NCBI GenBank assembly: GCA_965218095.1
Contig: OZ244587.1
Location: 3,936,001 to 4,000,000 of the forward strand
Direction: 5' to 3'
Length of the DNA: 64,000 nucleotides
From: Candidatus Poribacteria bacterium
GTDB lineage: Bacteria > Poribacteria > WGA-4E > PCPOR2b
Part shown: positions 44,557 to 55,692 of the stretch, one piece after another
Layout of the letters: every line of letters starts with the position of its first letter
Position numbering within the stretch: position 1 is the first letter of the stretch
The notes under the pieces: model-generated
What the model saw: the letters and a program-made list of their open reading frames with translations, nothing else
Told to the model about the DNA's origin: nothing
Databases searched by the model: none
Position numbers and translations under genes: made by a program

Positions 44557-45564
44557 TCACAGCCGGCCTGCGGGCTCTTGGACAGCTTCTAACAAACGGG
44601 TGATGACTGCATCCGAATCAACTCCCTCGGCTTCGGCGTGAAAATTAGTGAGTACGCGATGCCGGAGGACAGCACGCACCACCGATCGAACATCCTCGCA
44701 GGAGGCGTTGAACCGTCCACGTAGAATTGCCCGCCCTTTTGCGCCAAGAATAAGGTATTGTCCGGCGCGTGGACCCGCGCCCCACCGCACCCATTGCTGG
44801 ATGAAATCCGGTGCATCTTTGCTTTTGGGACGTGTCGCCCGCACGAGCTTGACAGCGTATTGCACAACGTTATCGGCTGCTGGAACCCGCCGGACAATTT
44901 TGTGCAGCTCCATGATGTCTTCGCCTGAAAGTGCTGTTTCAAGCTCAGGTTCATTGACGCTCGTGGTAGCCGAAACAATCGTGACCTCCTCCTCCTCGCT
45001 GGGATAGTCGATCACGATCTTGAACATGAAGCGGTCTAACTGTGCCTCCGGAAGCGGATATGTCCCTTCCTGCTCAATCGGGTTCTGTGTAGCAAGGACG
45101 AAGAACGGCTGTTCCAACTCGTACAGCGTTCCACCCGCGGTGACATGATACTCCTGCATCGCTTCAAGCAGCGCAGCTTGTGTCTTGGGGGGCGTCCGGT
45201 TGATTTCATCCGCAAGCAGGATGTTGGCGAAGATCGGTCCCCGAATAAAACGGATCTCTCGCTGTCCTGTCGCGCGATCCTCTTCCAAAACATCTGTGCC
45301 GGTAATGTCTGCGGGCATCAAATCCGGTGTGAACTGAATTCGCTTGAACTTCAGATTTAAGATCTGAGCGAGCGTTTTGATCATTAAGGTCTTGGCGAGC
45401 CCGGGGACACCCTCAAGTAGACAGTGCCCCCCTGCGAAAAATGCCATCAGCATCTGATCAATAACGTCCTCTTGCCCTACGATGACTTTTTTGAGTTGCT
45501 CTACGATGAGGTCTCTGCCCTCCATGAGCTTTTCGACTGCTTGAACTTCTTCTGTTGCTGGCAT
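44557..45564 (-). CDS. MoxR-family AAA+ ATPase
   Basis: [43 protein letters not shown]. Confidence 0.95.
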   Translation of the reverse strand: MPATEEVQAVEKLMEGRDLIVEQLKKVIVGQEDVIDQMLMAFFAGGHCLLEGVPGLAKTLMIKTLAQILNLKFKRIQFTPDLMPADITGTDVLEEDRATGQREIRFIRGPIFANILLADEINRTPPKTQAALLEAMQEYHVTAGGTLYELEQPFFVLATQNPIEQEGTYPLPEAQLDRFMFKIVIDYPSEEEEVTIVSATTSVNEPELETALSGEDIMELHKIVRRVPAADNVVQYAVKLVRATRPKSKDAPDFIQQWVRWGAGPRAGQYLILGAKGRAILRGRFNASCEDVRSVVRAVLRHRVLTNFHAEAEGVDSDAVITRLLEAVQEPAGRL

Positions 45565-45701
45565 GTTGATCGACTCCTTCAGGTCATACGTGAAAAAGTT
45601 GAGACGTGATGCGTAAAACATTCTACCTGATTGCGTAACGCCTCAAGTAGTATAGCAAATCCCATTGCCGAAAGCCAGAGAGAAATTGAAAGTTAATCCG
45701 T

Positions 45702-46829
45702 TCATTGTCCCGGCAACAGATCCAATACCTGATCTATCTCCGCCTCCAAGTTATAAAAATGTGGCGACAAACGTACTCCTCCCCGCTCTGCACCAATGAC
45801 GTTTTTTTGCCTGAGCCGTTCACACAGTTCGGCTGATGAATATTGATCGCTTTCAAACACAACAATCCCGGAGCGTTCGGATTCTCCTGCTGGCGTCAAA
45901 AGATGATACCCTTTTGCGCGAAGTCCGTTGATGAGCCGATCTGTCAGATCTAAGACTCGCTGCTCGATGTTTGGTACGCCAATCTCCAGCAAAAGCGCGA
46001 TAGCTGTACCGAGCCCATACAACCCAACGCTATTGTATGTGCCTTCCTCAAACCGCGTTGCATCTCGTTTGGGTGTGAGATCGTAATTCAGGAAATCCCT
46101 TGGGTTGATGACGCTCGCCCAGCCAACGTTCGTGTTGATTAACTTATCCTGTTTTTCCTGTGCGCAATAGAAGATTGCCACCCCTTCAGGCGCAAGCAAC
46201 CACTTATGTCCATCCGCCGCCAGGATGTCGATGCCACACGTCTTCACATCCAGATTGATCGCACCCAAGCTCTGGATGGCGTCTACAACAAACCAGACCC
46301 CGCTTTCACGGCAGATCTTGCCTATCGCTGCGATATCGTTCCGAAATCCCGACGCAAATTCGACATGGCTAATTGTCACGACCTGCGTCCGCCCATCAAT
46401 CGCTGCCTCAATATCCTCGATGTGAATGCGTCCTTCCCGCTCTGGCACCATCCGCGTTTCCACGCCGAGACGCTTCAGGTTCCACCACGGATACACATTC
46501 GCCGGAAATTCCACTGCCGTTGTCACGACATTGTCGCCCTCACGCCAATCTATTCCGTTAGCAGCGATGATGATACCTTGCGTCGTATTTTTCATAAACG
46601 CGATCTCATCGGCATCTGCCTTAATCAGCTTGGCAGCGGCTTCACGGCATGCTCCAGCGGTCGCCGCCCAACGATCTGAGTTGACCGCGCCGTTATGGGT
46701 TGCATCATCCAGAAAGCCACCCATTGCTTGGCGCACACGCAATGGGAGCGGGGCAATCCCTGCATGGTTCAGATAGATATATTTCTCCGTTACTGGAAAC
46801 TGCTTTCGCCACTGGTGCCAATTACTCAT
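45702..46829 (-). CDS. Aminotransferase class V / cysteine desulfurase-like PLP enzyme
   Basis: YLNHAG, DAIQSLG, GHKWLLAPEG, RLSPHFYN. Confidence 0.88.
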   Translation of the reverse strand: MSNWHQWRKQFPVTEKYIYLNHAGIAPLPLRVRQAMGGFLDDATHNGAVNSDRWAATAGACREAAAKLIKADADEIAFMKNTTQGIIIAANGIDWREGDNVVTTAVEFPANVYPWWNLKRLGVETRMVPEREGRIHIEDIEAAIDGRTQVVTISHVEFASGFRNDIAAIGKICRESGVWFVVDAIQSLGAINLDVKTCGIDILAADGHKWLLAPEGVAIFYCAQEKQDKLINTNVGWASVINPRDFLNYDLTPKRDATRFEEGTYNSVGLYGLGTAIALLLEIGVPNIEQRVLDLTDRLINGLRAKGYHLLTPAGESERSGIVVFESDQYSSAELCERLRQKNVIGAERGGVRLSPHFYNLEAEIDQVLDLLPGQ

Positions 46830-47050
46830 GTCATCCTCCCAATCTGAAATAAACTCATCTAATAATGTTACATTATAGCCGAAAAGCGCGTTGAAATCAA
46901 TACCTGAAACGTGATGTGTGATGTGTGATGAGTCATTCGTATTTCATGAGTGGATTGAGATTGCCCGCAGAGAGATCTAAAGAACTGCGCCTAATCTATC
47001 ATCGTGCAGGGTTCTGAGTAATTTTCAGGATTAAACTATACATTCCGTTT

Positions 47051-47105
47051 GTAGTAGCGCAATTCATTGCGCGTTTGGGACAGTGATGGAATCGCCTCAC
47101 TACAA
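47051..47105. repeat. GTAG-type REP doublet
   Basis: gtagtagcgcaattcattgcgcg...cactac; same family as 3118-3211. Confidence 0.6.
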
Positions 47106-47143
47106 ACCATTACTTTCTTTTTGAAAATTACTTGAAATATTTA

Positions 47144-47927
47144 GGTTCTGTTGACATTTCATCGTAACCAGATAATCACAGCAACGAAACTCAGAAACCC
47201 CAAATAGCGACCCGCCAACTTATCAAAACGACTGAAGATACGCCTATAGTGCTTAATTTTGTTGATGAAGCATTCCACCCGATGTCTCTCTCGGTACAGA
47301 TGCGTATCATAGTCTCGTGACTCACGGCGGTTGATACGGGGACGAATCACTGGCTCTACACCCATACGGGTTATCAACTGCACCAATGAATCCGCGTCAT
47401 ACGCTGAGTCGGCTATCACATACTCACTGCTATACCCTTCTGCACAAGTCATGGCGTGGCGTTGTCCAGCCGTCAGCGCAAAACGTAATGGATTGCCTAA
47501 GCCATCAACCGTGATGTGAATTTTGGTTGAAAATCCACCCGCATTACGTCCGAGTGCCTGCGAGGCTTGACCGCCACTTGTTTTCAAAGCCCCTGCAGCA
47601 CAGGGGTGAGCGTGGCAGATGGTACTGTCACCATATCTGGGTCGTTGACAAAGTGTTGATGCAGCCGTTGGAAGATGCCTTTATCGCACCAGCGAGCGAA
47701 TCGTTTATAGACGCTGTTCCAACTGCCGTACTCTTTTGGTAGGAGTCGCCATTGACTACCACTACGAGTTATCCAAAGCACTGCTTGGACAAAACGTTTT
47801 AAGTTCGCTTGCTGTCCGGTGTAGACATCGGAACAGGTTTGCAGGAATGCTGCTATTTTTGACCATTGATTATCGGATAAGGTAAGTGTTGACATATCGT
47901 TATTATGCCATAAATGTCAACACGTCC
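47144..47927 (-). mobile_element. Degenerate IS5-family insertion sequence
   Basis: TIRs ggttctgttgacattt / aaatgtcaacacgtcc, flanked by TA; transposase motifs GSQWRLLP..YGSWNSVYKRF, DST, GGFSTKIH, ADSAYD, YRERHRVECFINKIK; frameshift just before DST. Confidence 0.92.
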
Positions 47928-47929
47928 TA

Positions 47930-48088
47930 GGTTCTGTTGACATTTCGCTGTCGCGAATTCGGCAAACGCTGTAATCATCATGCAACCCGCCAAAAACCAA
48001 GACAGTTGTCCGAAATCGCCTCAGGGTGCATCAGGCCGAAGACTCTCGGAACGGAGATTGGTTCAATCCGTCAAATGTCAACAGAACC
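47930..48088. mobile_element. MITE sharing the IS5 terminal repeats
   Basis: Perfect 16-bp TIR ggttctgttgacattt / aaatgtcaacagaacc, TA on both sides, 159 bp. Confidence 0.88.
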
Positions 48089-48101
48089 TAGTAATCGCAC
48101 A

Positions 48102-48235
48102 AAGTTTGTGCTTGACCTTTTTCGCGAACATGGCTAAAATACGCTTCCGTGACAACAGGGTTGATGAAGGATAAGTCCCAGCCCGACGTGCTTACGATAA
48201 AGCAGGTTTTGACATTGCACACTCAGGATTATGGA
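48102..48235 (+). pseudogene. C-terminal relic of a GNAT acetyltransferase
   Basis: With two 1-nt frameshifts and one stop reads KFVLDLFREHG-KYASVTTGL-EG*VPARRAYDKAGFDIAH (GNAT motif B-like). Confidence 0.6.
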
Positions 48236-48408
48236 ACAATGACGCTAAGATATCATTGACTTCTTACCATTTTCGATTTATACCAGGAGTAGTGGTTCAT
48301 TTTTTAAGTCCATGTAGGGTGGGTAAACCTATAAACCTATACGAATTTAAAAAGCAGATCAGCAGTTCGACACATATTTTCTGGAATCCATTATAAGGAG
48401 AGCAAATT

Positions 48409-49476
48409 ATGGGAAAAACACATCGCCTCCAAGCGAGTCATCTTCATTCCATCACGCGAAAATTGTTCGTAGCAGCAGGCACACCACGCCACATCGCCGA
48501 CGACGTGGCAGAAATCCTGGTGAACGCAAACCTTGCCGGACACGACTCACACGGCGTACTCCGCATCCCTGCATACCTGCGCAGCATCGACGACGGCACG
48601 ATTGTCCCCGATGCTGAACCGGAGATCGTGAGGGAAACCACGAACACCATGTTTTTTGACGGAAAGCACGGCTTCGGTCATTACACCGCTCGACAGGCAA
48701 TGAACCGAGCGATTGAGAAGGCAAAGCCCGCAGGTGTTTGCTGCGTGAGTCTCATCAACACCGGACACATTGGTCGGTTGGGTGAGTATGCAGAAGCGGC
48801 GGCCCATGCGGGCTGTATTGGCGTCATCACTGTTGGTGGTGGTGGGAAGAATCAGGGAAGTACTGTACCTTTTGGCGGCGCGGGCGGGGTAACAGGCACC
48901 AATCCTATCGCTGTCGGTGTCCCAACCGGTGACGACGCCCCGTTTATCATTGATTTTGCTACAAGCATGATTGCTGAAGGCAAAATCCAGGTTGCCCAAA
49001 GCAAGGGCGAGGATTTGCCTGAGGGATACATCGTGGACAAGCATGGTAACCCGAGCATCAAACCGGTGGATTATTACGATGGTGGATTCCTGCTACCGTT
49101 TGGCAGACACAAGGGTTACTCTATTGGGTTGCTGATCTGTCTGCTCGGCGGGCTGTCCGGAAGCTTTGACGTTGAAAAGCGCACGATGGGAGGCTCATTT
49201 ATGCAAGTGATGAATGTCAACGTACTTACACCGTTAGATGAGTATCAGCAGGGCGTACGCGCATTCCTGGACGGTATTAAGTCAACACCGCCGGCGCCTG
49301 GCTTTGACGAAGTGCTGGTCCCCGGTGATTTCGAGCATCGTTCCCGTATCCAGCGTTTGGCCGATAGCGTTGAACTGCCCAACACCATCTATCAACAGAT
49401 TCGGAAGTGTGCGGAGAAGCTGAATGTGTCGATGCGCGAGGAGACCGTCGAACCTGCCGACGCGGAGCGATACTAA
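48409..49476 (+). CDS. Ldh_2 (malate/L-lactate/ureidoglycolate dehydrogenase-like) oxidoreductase
   Basis: GHDSHG, HIGRLG, GTNPIA, DFATS, HKGY. Confidence 0.9.
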   Translation: MGKTHRLQASHLHSITRKLFVAAGTPRHIADDVAEILVNANLAGHDSHGVLRIPAYLRSIDDGTIVPDAEPEIVRETTNTMFFDGKHGFGHYTARQAMNRAIEKAKPAGVCCVSLINTGHIGRLGEYAEAAAHAGCIGVITVGGGGKNQGSTVPFGGAGGVTGTNPIAVGVPTGDDAPFIIDFATSMIAEGKIQVAQSKGEDLPEGYIVDKHGNPSIKPVDYYDGGFLLPFGRHKGYSIGLLICLLGGLSGSFDVEKRTMGGSFMQVMNVNVLTPLDEYQQGVRAFLDGIKSTPPAPGFDEVLVPGDFEHRSRIQRLADSVELPNTIYQQIRKCAEKLNVSMREETVEPADAERY

Positions 49477-49555
49477 ATGTGTAAAACGTGATTCGTGAAA
49501 CGTAAATTCTGCGAAAGTGCAGGGAAATACCGAATTATCAAAACCACCGTTCCTG

Positions 49556-49623
49556 TCATTCTGAACGAAATGAAGAATCTCGGTTGATATGTTGTAAACG
49601 ATCCTTCGCTTTGTTAGGATGAC
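49556..49623. repeat. GTCATTCTGA-type REP element
   Basis: gtcattctgaacgaaatgaagaatctc...gatccttcgctttgttaggatgac. Confidence 0.65.
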
Positions 49624-49660
49624 GGAAACGTGCGATTCTGAAAGCAGGAGAGTGTATCCT

Positions 49661-50686
49661 TCAGATTTTTGTCCGCCCCTGATAGATGAGCGGGTGAACA
49701 ATCCCAACCCTGTCTATAGAAGCCTTGATGTCATTTGGCAGAACACCGCGAAGTGCAGCAGAAATATTGGCTTCGACTTCCTGCAAATTACTGAAGCCAA
49801 CAACAATGGATTGTTGCCGCATCTCCGACAGCATCCAGCGGATGCAAAGTTCTGCCATCGGAATTCCAGAATCTGCGTGGATGTCAATGAACCTGAAATA
49901 GGAACCCGCGAAGGTTTCGTCCATCCAGTCAGGGGGATTCTCCCGCCATTCTTCCTGGGGAACGGCAAGCCAACCTTTCATAAGCGGCGCGCCAATAACA
50001 ACACCAATACCCAGTTCTTGAGCGGTTGGGAACAGGAATTCGTTGGCGTTTCTAAAGACCGGGTTGAACTGATGGGCGATCATAACGGAATCCACCTCGA
50101 CTACTTTCAGTATCCGTGCCAAAAGCCGTGCATTTTTAGCCGTCAATCCCACAAAATGCGCCTTGCCGCTATGTTTGGCGTTTTCGAGGAATCTGATCGC
50201 CGGTGCATTTACGAAGTTGTAGTCCGCATCACTTTCAATGAGTGCGGTCCAACGATCCAGACTCTTGCCAGAAAGGAGATTATCGCCCCACCATTTAAGA
50301 AAATCCGCTTCGTGAATCTGGATGATGTCCACGTAGTCGGTTTGAAGCCGCTTGAGGGAGCCTTCAAATTGCTGCATGAGCTGGTCAGCGTTGCGATGAT
50401 CTTTCAGATTATCCCGGCGCTGGTTCGTATATCCCACTTTGGTGGCAACGATTGCTTTGTCCCGCCTCCCTTTCAGGGCGATTCCGAACATGGTTTCATC
50501 GTTGCTATCCCCATAGTTTGCCGCCGTGTCGAAATAGTTCATGCCGTGTTCAATCGCATAATCCACGCAGCGGTTCAGGTTCTCCTGCCCCTGCTTAGCC
50601 ATGAAAGCAGACCCCAGCCCGAGTTCACTGACGTTGAGTCCTGTTTTTCCAAGTACCCGTGTCTTCATTTCGGTTTTTATGTCCAC
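49661..50686 (-). CDS. Aldo/keto reductase
   Basis: LGKTGLNVSELGLG, FDTAANYG, SLKRLQTDYVDIIQIH. Confidence 0.9.
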   Translation of the reverse strand: MDIKTEMKTRVLGKTGLNVSELGLGSAFMAKQGQENLNRCVDYAIEHGMNYFDTAANYGDSNDETMFGIALKGRRDKAIVATKVGYTNQRRDNLKDHRNADQLMQQFEGSLKRLQTDYVDIIQIHEADFLKWWGDNLLSGKSLDRWTALIESDADYNFVNAPAIRFLENAKHSGKAHFVGLTAKNARLLARILKVVEVDSVMIAHQFNPVFRNANEFLFPTAQELGIGVVIGAPLMKGWLAVPQEEWRENPPDWMDETFAGSYFRFIDIHADSGIPMAELCIRWMLSEMRQQSIVVGFSNLQEVEANISAALRGVLPNDIKASIDRVGIVHPLIYQGRTKI

Positions 50687-51312
50687 AACCTCTCCCCCGG
50701 TCCCCTTCGGAACGGAGATTGGTGTAACGCCGTGAAATCCTGCATGCTCGGACTGATTATATCAGAGCGCAAAAATGCTGTCAATAAAAAGGGTATCGGC
50801 ATCAGGTTTTCAATTGGTTCCGAGTGTGCGCTAAGGTTTTCATGAGATGAGGTGATAGACCTTGATTTCCATATTTCACACCGAATCATGGCGAAACTTA
50901 TAAGGGGCTACTGGTGTTTTAATAAGATAATGACTTGTGTTATTGGTCTATTTTTAATCATATTGAGTTTAACCTCCAGACCTGACAGGTTTTTGAGACC
51001 TGTTAGGTCTAAAACCGTTCAAATCTACGAAATGAACCGCTATTGATTTAATGGCATGGATGCGATATAATCAAAAGAAGATGGCGTGCCATCACTAAAT
51101 GCGTGAGAAAATCCGTTCCATTTGGCGTATCGAGAAGACGATCCGGGATTTGAGTTCAAAGGTTCAAGAGTTCAATGAACCCATGAACTTCTGAACTCAT
51201 GAACTTTTACGAGTGAATTTTCCAGTTCCGATGCGGGTTCTCAAAGGTTTGGTCATAGCACACCGTCCTATAACATTGTTAGATCCCTGTCTTCCAAAAA
51301 GGATGATACATT

Positions 51313-51912
51313 TTGCGGACTTCAGATGAAGAGTTGATGATGAAATGTCGCAACGGTGACATGAGCGCCTTTGAACTGATCGTGATGCGTTATAAGGATC
51401 TAATTACCAATTTTATTTCTCGATCTATTGGCGACTATCACCGGGCTGAAGATTTAGCACAAGAGACGTTTCTGCGAGTTTTTAAGAGTGCCAGTCATTA
51501 TGAACCAAAATGCCAGTTCAAAAATTGGATTTATCTCATCGCAACGAATCTTTGTCGGAACGAAATCCGGAATCGAAATCGACGAAACACTATGTACCTT
51601 GACGATCTTGTTCCTGAAGATGAGAATGTCAACTATTCCACGGTGATGCAGGATATCAGCCGGCTTCCAGACGAACTCTACGAAAAAAAAGAGCAGCAAC
51701 TTATAATTCAACAAACGATTAACCGCCTTCCTGAAAATCAGCGGTTGGCATTGCTTCTTGTGACTTATCAAAATCTGAGGTATGACGAAATCGCAGAAGT
51801 TCTTGATTGCTCTGTGAGTGCGGTGAAATCACTCATCCACCGCGCCCGCCAGAACATGAAAAAACTCCTTATAGAAGTTGGAATTGGAGAGAGTACACAT
51901 GCTAAAGTGTGA
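51313..51912 (+). CDS. ECF sigma factor (RpoE/SigW-like)
   Basis: AEDLAQETF, WIYLIATN, YDEIAEVLDCSVSAVKSLIHRAR. Confidence 0.92.
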   Translation: MRTSDEELMMKCRNGDMSAFELIVMRYKDLITNFISRSIGDYHRAEDLAQETFLRVFKSASHYEPKCQFKNWIYLIATNLCRNEIRNRNRRNTMYLDDLVPEDENVNYSTVMQDISRLPDELYEKKEQQLIIQQTINRLPENQRLALLLVTYQNLRYDEIAEVLDCSVSAVKSLIHRARQNMKKLLIEVGIGESTHAKV

Positions 51913-52450
51913 AACTATTCAACCACAATTATCCACTTATTTAGATCGCGAGATGCCCTTGTGGAAAGTCCGAATCATCCAGTGGCACCTCAGAGGCTGT
52001 CCAAGCTGTGCACATGAAGCCATGCGCCTGCGGCAGGCAGACAAAATCCTTCGCCAACTCGATGCGGTGAAAACCTCTGATAGTTTCTTGACGGATGTGA
52101 TGCATAAGGTTTCAACAATCACCACGACTGAAAAGTATCAGATTCCTGTGATACGTCGCGTCTTACGGCGATTGGAATCGTCGCTTGCGTGGGTGCGTTA
52201 CAGTTTTCGGACACGCGTTCGTCCTCATGCCATTGTGACTTCATTGGCTCTGATCATGATCGTCGTGAGTGTTGCCACACTTTATCAACCCTGGCGGCTG
52301 CCACTGCCATCAGAGAACACACTGACGTTAACTCAGTCACTAAGGGATAAGCAGATCGTGCTTGTGGAATTTGAGATTGTCTTAATTGATCAGTCCCCTA
52401 AGCCGCATGTGCCTTCTGATCGTCACGCGCCAGACCGTACAAATCCATGA
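51899..52450 (+). CDS. Zinc-binding (zf-HC2/ZAS) membrane anti-sigma factor
   Basis: HLRGCPSC (Hx3Cx2C), one TM segment, overlaps sigma gene. Confidence 0.85.
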   Translation: MLKCETIQPQLSTYLDREMPLWKVRIIQWHLRGCPSCAHEAMRLRQADKILRQLDAVKTSDSFLTDVMHKVSTITTTEKYQIPVIRRVLRRLESSLAWVRYSFRTRVRPHAIVTSLALIMIVVSVATLYQPWRLPLPSENTLTLTQSLRDKQIVLVEFEIVLIDQSPKPHVPSDRHAPDRTNP

Positions 52451-52745
52451 AATTGGCGCCACGTTATGCGCTTATCATCTCTTTATCTCAATTGGCGAGG
52501 AGACGCCTTCTAAATCTGTGGTTTCGATACGTTATTTCGCTCCTGCTCCCTTCCACGGAATAAAGCCCTCCCCCTATAATCTTTTCGTTGCATTCATAAG
52601 GCAAGTTATGAGATAATGATAATACGAGCTCGAAAACTACTGAGTGGGCGGCTTCGTAAACTCGTGGAGGGTTTTGATTTCTAACCCTGCTCTCCGATCG
52701 AGTTCAAAACCTTTGGAAGGATCTGACCCTATATGGATTTATGAA

Positions 52746-53030
52746 ATGAATCCCAAGGAGACGTTTGTTTTGGACAAAATCCGCGAATTGGTTATCATGC
52801 TTCAAACAGGGATTGAGGACTACGAAAAGCAGTTAAAAGCGTTACAGGAGGAACGTCTCAAATATATCCGACTATCAATCACCAATGGGTTTGGCGCCGA
52901 CGAGAATAGCTCTAAAGAATCGTGGCTGATTCACCTCAAACAACTTGAGGATTCTCTGGAGGTCCGCTTGAACGCACTCAAACAGGCAATCAAGGAAGCT
53001 ATTGATGATATCCTTTCGGAAAGGAACTAA
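52746..53030 (+). CDS. Small helical/coiled-coil hypothetical protein
   Basis: 94 aa with heptad pattern, 2 nt before next ATG. Confidence 0.6.
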   Translation: MNPKETFVLDKIRELVIMLQTGIEDYEKQLKALQEERLKYIRLSITNGFGADENSSKESWLIHLKQLEDSLEVRLNALKQAIKEAIDDILSERN

Positions 53031-53032
53031 AT

Positions 53033-54157
53033 ATGCTGACCCAGCGAGGAAGTGCATTACGACAAAAACGTGTCCGCGAATATTTATCTGAGAACCAAAT
53101 CGACGCGGTACTCATTTCAGACTATCGCGATATTCACTATCTAACGGGGTTGCTTCTGGCCAAAAACTTACCTGCGTTGCTGCTACTCGAAACCGAGGGT
53201 CACTCATGGCTTGCCGCAACAACAGACGGAGGGGATGCCCTCGTTGATGATCGCCTCGTCTACGAGTGGGAACAACTTGGCACAATGAATCCTGATCCAA
53301 TGCGATGCCTGCAAAAGGTTGTTGAAGCGCGATTGAAGAATGCGCCCTCTGTCAAGTGCATTGGTTGGCAAGCTGAGTCCCTGCCACGTGTGCTTGGGGA
53401 AACTGTCGCAAATGCGTTACACTTTGATGAGTGGGTTGCGGTCGACGATGCCCTGGCGGGGATGCAGATGCGGAAAGATCCGGACGAAGTGGATCTGTTA
53501 CGTCGTGCGATTCAAGCCTCGCTGGCGGCTTATACGTCGGTACAGAAAGTGATCGCCCCCGGCGTCAACGAACTGACCGTGTTAGCTGCAGGAAAAAAGG
53601 CGGCAATGGAAGCAGCGGGTGAACCCATCGAACACGGCGGCGACTACTGCGTTGGTGAGTTAGGTGGTCCCGCCAGGGATCACATCATTGAGAAAGGGCA
53701 GATGTACATTATCGATGCCCAAGGCGAATATCGCGGTTACTGGTCAGATCTCTGCCGGACATTTGTTGTCGGCGGCGAACCGACTGACTTGCAGCAGTCG
53801 GTCTACGACCACGTCGCAGGAATCCTCGCTGATGTGCCAAACCTTGTGAAACCGGGCGGCAGGGGTACTCAACTCTGGCGAACAATCGATGAGCGGCTGC
53901 GCGAACACCCTCATCTTGTGGATAAAGGACTCATCCATCACGCAGGACATGGCGTTGGATCGCGCGGGCACGAAATGCCAGATCTCAACCGGGATCGGGA
54001 AGGGATTTTTGAAGTTGGCAACGTGTTTTCCTGTGAACCGGGAGCCTACTCGGATGAATTGCGCGGCGGTGTTCGACTTGAAAATACCTTTCTGATTACC
54101 GAATCCAGAGTCGAGAATTTATCAGAGTATCCGACCAATCTGATTCCAAAAAGATAA
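53033..54157 (+). CDS. M24 Xaa-Pro peptidase family protein
   Basis: GYWSDLCRT, HHAGHGVG, EPG, GVRLEN. Confidence 0.88.
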   Translation: MLTQRGSALRQKRVREYLSENQIDAVLISDYRDIHYLTGLLLAKNLPALLLLETEGHSWLAATTDGGDALVDDRLVYEWEQLGTMNPDPMRCLQKVVEARLKNAPSVKCIGWQAESLPRVLGETVANALHFDEWVAVDDALAGMQMRKDPDEVDLLRRAIQASLAAYTSVQKVIAPGVNELTVLAAGKKAAMEAAGEPIEHGGDYCVGELGGPARDHIIEKGQMYIIDAQGEYRGYWSDLCRTFVVGGEPTDLQQSVYDHVAGILADVPNLVKPGGRGTQLWRTIDERLREHPHLVDKGLIHHAGHGVGSRGHEMPDLNRDREGIFEVGNVFSCEPGAYSDELRGGVRLENTFLITESRVENLSEYPTNLIPKR

Positions 54158-54172
54158 AAATTAGACGGGAAT

Positions 54173-54640
54173 ATGCTAAGGATATATTGAACGCATCGAT
54201 CTCGATTTTCCTTTTGCACAAGCTCTCAATGTAAGCCAAAAGTTAAGATTGGAGATGTCCCTGTCCTCAACCTTGAGAGGGCAGACTATATCGTTCACAC
54301 GATTGACGAACCAACAACTCAACAGAACCTGAATCGAACTCTCAGCAAGATGAACCCGTTGCTCGTCATCAAAGTTATATCCAATCGCTCTGTAGATGAG
54401 GCAGCGCAGGATCTTGCGGAAGCCCTCGCCATTGAACATCCTGTTGCCGGTCTGCATCTGCTGGGCTCTGAAGTCCGCGATCTCGTTCTCACTAGGCTTC
54501 GTAATATCAATCAACTCGATAACGCAATTGTTTGCGATCTCGCGACTCACGACATCACCGAAATTGTTCAGTGGGAGATTGAAACCTTTATGCTCGACAA
54601 GGAGAAAGAATTCGAACGGGAGGGGACATATAATAGATAG
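54173..54640 (+). pseudogene. Hypothetical protein with in-frame TGA at codon 6 (or shorter CDS from 54350)
   Basis: ATG 54173 MLRIY*THRS... in frame with ORF 54350-54640. Confidence 0.5.
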
Positions 54641-54667
54641 AACAGACCCTGGAGGAGGGGATGAAAT

Positions 54668-55642
54668 ATGCCCAAAGCCCTTTGTATCGGCGAGCTTCTC
54701 ATCGATTTCGTTTCCACAACAATTGACGCCACCCTTGCAGAATGCACCGGATTTGCCAGAGCACCGGGCGGTGCACCGGCGAACGTCGCGGTTGGCCTGG
54801 CAAGACTCGGGATCGATTCAGGATTTATCGGCAAAATCGGCGATGAGCCGTTCGGGGATTTCCTGCGAGTGACGCTTGAGCAGCATCACGTTGATACCTC
54901 CTATCTCATTTCAGGCACGGGTTGCCGCACGACATTAGCGTTTGTTGCGACCAGATCGGATGGGGCGAAGGACATCGTTTGCTATCGTAATCCGGGGGCT
55001 GATATGCTGCTCACGCCTGACGAAATCGATGAAACATACATTCAATCTGCGAATCTGTTTCACTACGGTTCAGTCAGTTTGAGCCACCAACCTAGTCGTG
55101 ATGCCACGCTGAAAGCAATTCAGTCCGCGAAGGAGGCGGGCGCACTGATGTCGTATGACCCGAACCTGCGATTGATGTTGTGGGATACGCCGGAAGAAGC
55201 CAGATACTGGATCTGGGAAGTCATGTCGTATGCGAATGTCGTAAAAGCGGCGGAGGAAGAGTGGGAATTTATTACCGACACGTCACAATTGGAAAAGGGA
55301 AGCGAGCGCATCTTGGAAACCGGCGTGGAGTTGGTCGTTGTGACGCGAGGCGAGCACGGCTGTTACTACAGCAACGGCTCATATCGTGGATATGTAGACG
55401 GGTTTCAGGTTGAAGTGGTTGATCCGCTCGGCGCAGGCGACGGATTTGTCGCGGCAATGCTGGCACAAATGATATGTACATTTGAATCAGTGGGGACCCC
55501 GTTTCCACCCGACGATGATCAACTCTGGGCAATTATGACTTATGCCAACGCCGCGGGCGCTTTGACGACGCAGAAGGTTGGCGTTATCCCTGCGCTGCCG
55601 ACAGCATCAGAAATTGAAATGTTCCTGAAACACGGGACATGA
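54668..55642 (+). CDS. PfkB-family carbohydrate kinase (fructokinase-like)
   Basis: GGAPANVA, YDPNLR, DPLGAGDGF. Confidence 0.92.
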   Translation: MPKALCIGELLIDFVSTTIDATLAECTGFARAPGGAPANVAVGLARLGIDSGFIGKIGDEPFGDFLRVTLEQHHVDTSYLISGTGCRTTLAFVATRSDGAKDIVCYRNPGADMLLTPDEIDETYIQSANLFHYGSVSLSHQPSRDATLKAIQSAKEAGALMSYDPNLRLMLWDTPEEARYWIWEVMSYANVVKAAEEEWEFITDTSQLEKGSERILETGVELVVVTRGEHGCYYSNGSYRGYVDGFQVEVVDPLGAGDGFVAAMLAQMICTFESVGTPFPPDDDQLWAIMTYANAAGALTTQKVGVIPALPTASEIEMFLKHGT

Positions 55643-55692
55643 TGCGTAAATCATCAATGGTTATAATTCGCTGATTCGAGGATGTGGAAGGA

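Noticed and set aside
47570-47640. Programmed -1 frameshift in the IS5 transposase
   Set aside because: DSTICHAHPCAAGALKTSGG is continuous in one frame; the break is a deletion before DST and there is no long slippery A-run
48112-48236. Apparent sigma70 promoter plus riboswitch-like fold upstream of the Ldh_2 gene
   Set aside because: Matches no riboswitch consensus I know and is better explained as a frameshifted GNAT relic; the promoter-like match may be incidental
49619-50845. Long ORFs of 408 aa here and 319 aa at 60611-61570, plus similar shadow ORFs
   Set aside because: Antisense to recognisable genes and without motifs
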